This document shows, piece by piece, positions 56,597 to 64,000 of a stretch of 64,000 nt of DNA. The position numbers and the translations under genes were made by a program. Source of the stretch: an uncultured Acidobacteriota bacterium. GTDB taxonomy: Bacteria; Acidobacteriota; Polarisedimenticolia; JACPZX01. The notes under the pieces are model-generated. The model was given only the letters and a program-made list of their open reading frames with translations, searched no databases and was not told where the DNA came from. The stretch is taken from NCBI GenBank assembly GCA_964568735.1, contig CAZMRF010000001.1, positions 46,699 to 110,698 of the forward strand, in the 5' to 3' direction. Position 1 is the stretch's first letter. Every line of letters starts with the position of its first letter.

Positions 56597-57610
56597 ATGT
56601 CCCTGGGAACGGACGACCATCCCCTCCTCATCACCGGCGCGGCGGGATTCATCGGAGGCGAGATGGCCCGCCACTTCGCCTCCAGGAGACTCCGCGTCGT
56701 GGGCTCCGATCTGCACGGGAAGCCCGCCGATCACCTGTCCCCATTCGGAGTGCCACTCCTCCCGGGAGATGTCACGCGCCGCGAGGACTGCGACCGGCTC
56801 CTGCGCGAGACGCAGCCCCGCGCCATCGTCCACTGCGCCGCCGCGATGGGAGGAGCGGTCCCGCGTGAGGAGTTCATGCGGGTCAACCTGGGCGGGACGA
56901 AGGTTCTGCTCGAATCTGCCGTGGCCGCCGGGGTCCGCCGATTCGTCTTCATCAGCAGCGTGACCGTCCACGGGATGCCCTCCCGGTCGGGTGTCACGGA
57001 GGAATCGGGCTACCGCTCCATCGGCCTCCCCTACGCCGACAGCAAGATCGCCACCGAGGAGCTGCTGCGGGCGCACCACGGGCGCGGCGACCTCGAGGTG
57101 ACGATCCTGCGCCCCGCCGACGTCTATGGCCCGCGCTCGGGCGAATGGGTCGTGAAGCTCGTGGAGGCGCTGCGATCCCGGAAGATGGTCCTCATCGGCG
57201 GAGGGCGGGGTCTCATCAACCTCACCTACGTCGACAACCTCTCGGACGCCGTCCTCGCCTGCCTGGCCGCGCCCTCGACCGCCGGCCGGGACTACCTCGT
57301 CACGGACGGAGCCCCCGTGACCTGGAGGCGCTACCTCGCCGATCTGGCGAGGGCAGCGGAGGCGCCGCCGCCGCGAGTGTCGGTCCCCCTCGCGCTGGCC
57401 TGGCCGCTCGTGCTGGCGATGGAGGCGGCTCTCCCTCTCGTGGGGCGGAAACCGCCCCTGGGTCGGATGGGATTGAAGCTGCTCTCCTCCCGCACCAGCT
57501 ACTCCATCGAGAAGGCCCGGCGCGAGCTGAGCTGGAGCCCCGCCGTCGATTACACCGAAGGGATGAAGAGAGTCGTCACCTGGATCCGAGAGGCCATGCC
57601 GCGGGGGTGA
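56597..57610 (+). CDS. NAD-dependent epimerase/dehydratase (extended SDR family)
   Basis: N-terminal ITGAAGFIGGEM Rossmann motif, and a YADSK catalytic Tyr/Lys region. Confidence 0.8.
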   Translation: MSLGTDDHPLLITGAAGFIGGEMARHFASRRLRVVGSDLHGKPADHLSPFGVPLLPGDVTRREDCDRLLRETQPRAIVHCAAAMGGAVPREEFMRVNLGGTKVLLESAVAAGVRRFVFISSVTVHGMPSRSGVTEESGYRSIGLPYADSKIATEELLRAHHGRGDLEVTILRPADVYGPRSGEWVVKLVEALRSRKMVLIGGGRGLINLTYVDNLSDAVLACLAAPSTAGRDYLVTDGAPVTWRRYLADLARAAEAPPPRVSVPLALAWPLVLAMEAALPLVGRKPPLGRMGLKLLSSRTSYSIEKARRELSWSPAVDYTEGMKRVVTWIREAMPRG

Positions 57611-57612
57611 GG

Positions 57613-57688
57613 TGGTGAGCCGTGCAGGACTCGAACCTGCGACCCTCGGGTTAAAAGCCCGACGCTCTACCAGCTGAGCTAACGGCCC
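57613..57688 (-). tRNA. tRNA-Lys (anticodon TTT)
   Basis: Reverse complement GGGCCGTTAGCTCAGCTGGTAGAGCGTCGGGCTTTTAACCCGAGGGTCGCAGGTTCGAGTCCTGCACGGCTCACCA. It starts 3 nt after the epimerase stop. Confidence 0.85.
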
Positions 57689-57728
57689 CCGGAACCGAGA
57701 TTACTCCACGAACGCCGGGGCTCACAAC

Positions 57729-59704
<1,976 letters not shown>

Positions 59705-59712
<8 letters not shown>

Positions 59713-60301
59713 GATAAGAATGACGAGAGTGACGCGATCTGGACGGGCTCCCATTCTCCTCGCGCTTCTCGGGCTGCTCTCCATCTGCGCGTGCGCGGGT
59801 CGAAGCGAGGACGGCCTCTCGGTCACTTTCAACGTCCAGGAGCTGCCACCCCCACCTCCTCCCGAGCCGGCGCCGGCCTATGTCCCCCCGCCTCCGCCGC
59901 CCCCTTCCCCGCCTCCCGAGGATCCCCGGGCCCTTCTGCTGAAGCGGTTGAGCGAGATCAACGGCCGCCTGCGGCCGGTCTACTTCGCCGCAGACAGCTT
60001 CGAGGTCAGCGCCGATTCTGCAGCGACAGTCCAGGCCAATGCGGCCGTCCTCGGCGGGCTCGGCCCCTTCAGGGCCTCGGTCGAGGGTCACACCGACGGG
60101 AAGGGATCCGAGGGCTACAACCACTGGCTGGGCTTGTGGCGCGCGAAGGCTGTCAAGGACAAGCTGAGGGATCTCGCTCTCGACCCCTCGCGGTTCACGC
60201 TCCGTACGCGGGGTGCCGATGTCCCCGTGGCTCCGCCGGGCGAGGACGGGGATCAGCCCCTGAACCGCCGCGTCGAGATCATCGTCACGTCGCTCGACTA
60301 G
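59705..60301 (+). CDS. OmpA-family lipoprotein (Pal-like; OmpA/MotB C-terminal peptidoglycan-binding domain)
   Basis: Lipobox LSICAC, a proline-rich linker (PPPPPPEPAPAYVPPPPPPPSPPPE), and C-terminal NRRVEI. Confidence 0.75.
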
Positions 60302-60885
60302 TTCGCGAGCGCGGCGACGCCGAGGAGCCCGCCGAGGAAGATCAGGAACTCCGCCCTCTTCCTGCTGGGCTCCAGCGGCGGGCGGGGCTCTGTGGGGATG
60401 AGCTTCACGTCTTCCGAGGTGGTCCGGATCTTCAGATCCTTTTCGGTGAGCTTCGACCCTACGGTGAAGTCCATCACCCATCTCCTGCCCGTGGCCTCTT
60501 CGCGGAAGGAACCGCTGCTCCGGTAGACCTTCCTGCCGACCTGGATGTCCACGATGTACTCCCCCTCGGGCAGGTCGATCTCGTACTTGCCGTCCTTTCC
60601 CGTGGAGGTCTGGAAGCTCTCGCCCGACGCCTCGTTGATGAAGATCACGAGCGCCTCGGGCACGGGCTTTCCGGATCGCCGGTCGGTCACGGTTCCACGG
60701 TAGATGCCGAGCCTGACTTCCTCTCCCCCGGCCGCGGCCTTCTCAGCTCCGGCCCCGCCCGAGGCGCTCGCTTCCGCCTCCGGATCGGGTGGCCATGGGG
60801 CCGCCCCGGGGAGGAGGAGAAGGCAGGCCGCGAGGATCGCGAGCCGGCTCTGCCGGCGGACGCTCGACTTCCATCGCTCATTCAT
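60298..60885 (-). CDS. Membrane-anchored carboxypeptidase-regulatory-like (transthyretin-fold) domain protein
   Basis: Signal peptide. GTVTDRRSGKPVPEALVIFINEASGESFQTSTGKDGKYEIDLPEGEYIV is the CarboxypepD_reg-like pattern. C-terminal TM helix. Confidence 0.5.
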   Translation of the reverse strand: MNERWKSSVRRQSRLAILAACLLLLPGAAPWPPDPEAEASASGGAGAEKAAAGGEEVRLGIYRGTVTDRRSGKPVPEALVIFINEASGESFQTSTGKDGKYEIDLPEGEYIVDIQVGRKVYRSSGSFREEATGRRWVMDFTVGSKLTEKDLKIRTTSEDVKLIPTEPRPPLEPSRKRAEFLIFLGGLLGVAALAN

Positions 60886-63800
60886 CGATTGAGGTCCTCT
60901 GTGGCCGGCCCCGGGCCACGCGGCTCCCGCCCCCCCTGCCGGGGGTGGGGCCGGCCGTTCCCGTACCGCAGAGCCCCTCGCTGGGCCTGAGGTGGCCCTG
61001 GCCGTCCACGCCCAGCGGACCCTCCATCCCATCGAGAACCTCCGCCACGAGGTAGAAGACGACCTTACCCGCAAGCGGATCGTAGCCGTCGTCAAAGCTG
61101 CTCCCCGTAATCCCGCATTGAAGCTCCGCATCTCCGACGCTCACGGGATCCTGCGTGTAGACGCCCGTGTCAGCCAGGACCTCGAGGTCGCCCCGGTACA
61201 GGTTGTAGCGCGGGCTGCCCCCGCCGGGCGGAGCAGGTGCCGGCGACCAGACGAGCACCCCTCCCGCCTCGACCTCGAGGAGCGGATCGAAGACGGGCGG
61301 GGGCGTGCCGGGAACAGCGTCCACCTCGAACTCGGCCACGAAGGCGACCGCGACCTGATTGGGATCCCCCGTCGGCAGCTCCGAGGGGCTGTCACAGACC
61401 CCTCCGGGGCAGCGGCCGTCCAGATCGTTGGCGGCAGTGTCCGTGGCGCCCGCCAGCCTGACGCGATAGGTCGCATCCGGAAGCGGACCACTCGGAAGGA
61501 AGGTCGCCTCGAGCCCGCCGGCGTCGTAGGTGATCGTGCCCGCGATCGCCGTATTCGGATCGGCCGTGTCGAAGAGCATCCAGTGGTTCGGATCCTCGAT
61601 GCTCGGCTCCGACATCGCCTGATCGAAGGTGACCACGATCGCCACGTTGGGATCCGCGGAGGGCATGTTGGGATCGAGCGAGGGCGCGAAAGCGACGACC
61701 TGGGGCAGCGCGTCGGCGTCCATGACGAAGCTCGTGGTGAAGTCGCCGCCGGGAGAGCCGTTGCCGTCGCCATCCAGCGCCACGCCCGCCGCGTCCGTCG
61801 CGAAGGTCGCGCTGTTCGGATCGCCTTCCAGGGTGACCGAATAGGTGTCGTCGGGCAGCGCCCCGGAGGGCGTGAAGGTCACCGCGAGCGTGTTCGGGTC
61901 GTAGCTGATCGACCCCGCCGCCACCGGGCCGGCCGTCCCCGACACGCTCCAGTTGGCGGCGTTCTCGACGCTCGAGGCGTTCATGTCCTGGTCGAAGGTC
62001 AGGACGATGACCGCGTTCGGATCCGTGGATGGCGTATTCGGATCGGGCGCCGACGCGGTGACGACCGGGGGGACGGCCACGGTGAAGGTCGAGGTGAAGT
62101 TCCCGCCCAGGGTGTTGGGATCGGCATCTCCGTCGAGCGGATTGCCCGCGAGGTCGGCTGCGGGCGCGGGCGCATTCGGGTCTCCGACGAGCGTCACCGA
62201 ATAGGTATCGTCCGGGAAGCCGGCCGCCCGGGCGCAGGTGAGAATCGAGGTCTTCGTGTTCGGGTCGAGGGTCGCCACGGGTCCCGAGTCGCAGGGGAAG
62301 CTGACGTTCGGGTCGGAGCCGACGATGGAGAGGTTGTTCGGATCCTGGATCGTGGCTGCGGCCATGATCTGATCGAAGGTGAAGACCACCGACGTCACGC
62401 CGGTGTTCGACGTGAAGCCTTTCGGCGGGGTGACTGTCGTGACGTTCGGCCGCGGATCGGCGTCCTGGACGAAGATCGCGCGATAGTTCCCTCCCGCGGT
62501 GCCATTCCCGGAGGCCGCCGAGACGTTGGGATCGATCTCCGTGGCCTCGCAGGAGTTCGGATCGACGCCCCCCGGGCAGTCCCCGTCGAGGCGGTGTCCC
62601 TCGAGGTCCCTCACGTCGAGGGCCGCTCCGTCGCTGTCGAGGATGACGGTGTAGGTCTCGTCGGGGAAGCCCGCCGCGCGGTTGAAGGCCACCGAGAAGG
62701 TGTTCGGATCCAGCGTCAACGAGTCCGCGGAGAGCCCGCCCAGGATCGATCCGCTCACCGTGAAGGTTCCGGTCGTGATCGTGGCGCCGTCCATGACCTG
62801 ATCGAAAAAGACCGAAACGCTCGTGATGGGCGCGGCGGACGTCGCTCCCGGCGGCGGCGCCATCTCGGCGACCTGGGGCACTTGATCCACATCGACGGTG
62901 AAGCTCAGCGTGAAGTTGCCCCCCGCGCTGCCGTTGCCGTTCCCGTCGAGAGCGTTGCCCAGGGGCTGCGTGTTCGGGTCCACGATGCTGTGATCGCGCA
63001 CCGCCGAGCCCGCCGGGTTGCTGAAGAGCGTCAAGGTGTAGTCGTCATCGGGGAGCGGGACCGTGGAGGGGGTCAGCGTAGCCACGCGCGTCGCCGGATT
63101 GAAGGAAACGGTGAGCGTCACCGCACCCACGTGGCTCCCGACGAGCGTGACCGTCGTGCCCGGCACGAAGGTGTTCGGGTCCATTCTCTGGTCGAAGGTC
63201 ACCCGCACCTCGTCGGCGTCGTTCGGATCGGTCACGGTCGCCGCGGCGGCGGGGAAGGTGCCCGTGACGACGGGCACTTCGTCGTCGTCGATGAAGAACG
63301 AGTAGACGAAGTCCCCTCCGTTGAAGCCGTTCCCCGAGATTACGCCCGTGCAGGAGACGGTGCAGGGATTCTCCCCGTCCAGGAAGTTGGCAGGGTCGCC
63401 CTGCGCATAGATGCGCAGATTGGGATCGCCCGGGTCGCTCTTGATGATGACGGTATACCGGTCGTCCGCCAGCGCGGTCGAGAGGCCCGTACAGTCGATC
63501 TTGTCCTTGTTCGAGCCTCCGCGGCGGCTGGCCGTGCAGGGTTCGTAGGTATTGGGATCGCCCAGCGTCGAGGTCGAGTCGATCAGGAAGTAGGTCGTGC
63601 CGTCGACGGAGCCATCCTCGAGGTTGTTCGTGAAATCCGCGTCGAGGTCGTTGCCCTGCACGTCGTTGTCGTGGATGACCTCGTTCACGGCCGGACCCAC
63701 CGACTGCAGGCGCAGTGTCGCTGTGGACTGAACCGCGAAGGAGGCCGTGAAGTCTCCGCCCGTGAGGAGATTGCCCGCCACGTCCGCGGTCCCGGTGTTC

Positions 63801-64000
63801 GGATCGCTGCTCTGGACCCTGATCTCGTAGTTCCCGTTCCCGATGTCGAAGTCAGGATCGAAGGTGGCCTCGAGGGAGTTCGGATCGTAGGAGACCACCC
63901 CGGAGACGACGACCTCGTTGTTGGGATCCGAGACGTCCACGATCTCCACCGTGGCTCCGCTGATCCGTGAGGCGTTCATCGCCTCCGAGAAGGTGATGGT
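60878..64000 (-). CDS. 3' portion of a giant secreted/surface protein made of tandem bacterial Ig-like domains (DPN-containing repeats). It continues beyond the window end
   Basis: Over 1030 aa of repeated 90-100-aa beta-sandwich units (…V.F.Q.M….…DPN…..G…). The C-terminal domain has conserved Cys (LQCGITG…GLCGTG). The ORF is open to the window edge. Confidence 0.7.
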   Translation of the reverse strand, partial: TITFSEAMNASRISGATVEIVDVSDPNNEVVVSGVVSYDPNSLEATFDPDFDIGNGNYEIRVQSSDPNTGTADVAGNLLTGGDFTASFAVQSTATLRLQSVGPAVNEVIHDNDVQGNDLDADFTNNLEDGSVDGTTYFLIDSTSTLGDPNTYEPCTASRRGGSNKDKIDCTGLSTALADDRYTVIIKSDPGDPNLRIYAQGDPANFLDGENPCTVSCTGVISGNGFNGGDFVYSFFIDDDEVPVVTGTFPAAAATVTDPNDADEVRVTFDQRMDPNTFVPGTTVTLVGSHVGAVTLTVSFNPATRVATLTPSTVPLPDDDYTLTLFSNPAGSAVRDHSIVDPNTQPLGNALDGNGNGSAGGNFTLSFTVDVDQVPQVAEMAPPPGATSAAPITSVSVFFDQVMDGATITTGTFTVSGSILGGLSADSLTLDPNTFSVAFNRAAGFPDETYTVILDSDGAALDVRDLEGHRLDGDCPGGVDPNSCEATEIDPNVSAASGNGTAGGNYRAIFVQDADPRPNVTTVTPPKGFTSNTGVTSVVFTFDQIMAAATIQDPNNLSIVGSDPNVSFPCDSGPVATLDPNTKTSILTCARAAGFPDDTYSVTLVGDPNAPAPAADLAGNPLDGDADPNTLGGNFTSTFTVAVPPVVTASAPDPNTPSTDPNAVIVLTFDQDMNASSVENAANWSVSGTAGPVAAGSISYDPNTLAVTFTPSGALPDDTYSVTLEGDPNSATFATDAAGVALDGDGNGSPGGDFTTSFVMDADALPQVVAFAPSLDPNMPSADPNVAIVVTFDQAMSEPSIEDPNHWMLFDTADPNTAIAGTITYDAGGLEATFLPSGPLPDATYRVRLAGATDTAANDLDGRCPGGVCDSPSELPTGDPNQVAVAFVAEFEVDAVPGTPPPVFDPLLEVEAGGVLVWSPAPAPPGGGSPRYNLYRGDLEVLADTGVYTQDPVSVGDAELQCGITGSSFDDGYDPLAGKVVFYLVAEVLDGMEGPLGVDGQGHLRPSEGLCGTGTAGPTPGRGGGSRVARGRPQRTSIDE

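Noticed and set aside
60992-63970. 992-aa plus-strand ORF opposite the Ig-repeat protein
   Set aside because: It is an antisense artefact of a GC-rich repetitive gene. The minus-strand frame has coherent beta-sandwich repeats and joins the downstream gene arrangement.
61000-64000. Periodic DNA repeats that could be mistaken for a CRISPR array or satellite
   Set aside because: The repeats are about 270-300 nt, imperfect and in-frame coding for Ig-like domains. There are no short direct repeats with unique spacers and no cas genes.

Overview
This is a high-GC (about 68-70%) chromosomal segment from a Gram-negative (diderm) bacterium, shown by lipoprotein lipoboxes, Wza and outer-membrane barrels. 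High GC produces many spurious long ORFs in the six-frame track, mostly antisense to real genes, so calls rest on recognisable protein families, start-codon context and gene packing. The window contains, in order:

- Housekeeping block (0.4-8.6 kb): tRNA-Gly, mnmA, a zinc-ribbon/FHA protein, cysteine desulfurase, ileS-lspA, lgt, and an RluA-family pseudouridine synthase.
- A two-gene satellite bacterial-microcompartment (BMC) locus (9.6-11.7 kb): one BMC-H shell protein plus a CoA-acylating aldehyde dehydrogenase. The dehydrogenase carries an unusual C-terminal extension instead of the usual N-terminal encapsulation peptide.
- A compact minus-strand RiPP-like (ribosomally synthesised peptide modification) operon (11.9-20.5 kb): a candidate 43-aa precursor peptide, a secreted protein, a PqqD-family recognition protein, an HPr-kinase-like P-loop protein, a secreted C25 (gingipain-family) cysteine peptidase with calcium-binding repeats, and an S24/S26-peptidase fused to a nucleotidyltransferase. 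No lasso cyclase is present.
- A secreted beta-helix / cohesin-like / FN3-dockerin / lipoprotein operon (20.9-25.7 kb).
- A roughly 20 kb exopolysaccharide or capsule cluster (25.7-45.5 kb): CapA, glycosyltransferases, a priming sugar transferase, a CapK-like adenylating enzyme, a DegT aminotransferase, Wzy-like, WecB, a split Wzc (chain-length determinant plus BY-kinase), Wza, an outer-membrane barrel and CapD/PglF. Many genes are translationally coupled by ATGA overlaps.
- An aminotransferase, an SGNH hydrolase, a radical-SAM/SPASM enzyme, an MBL-Rieske fusion and a BNR-propeller/TlpA fusion (47.1-54.6 kb).
- A small lower-GC islet (54.7-56.5 kb): a DUF2971 gene flanked by tRNA-Glu and a degenerate direct copy of that tRNA, with a HicB-like orphan and a transposase fragment beside it.
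- Then tRNA-Lys, purA, a zinc-ribbon response regulator, an OmpA-like lipoprotein, and the 3' part of a giant Ig-repeat surface protein that runs off the window.

The most interesting candidates for a previously undescribed system are the PqqD/HprK-like/C25/S24-nucleotidyltransferase cluster with its candidate precursor peptide, and the minimal BMC shell-plus-aldehyde-dehydrogenase pair.
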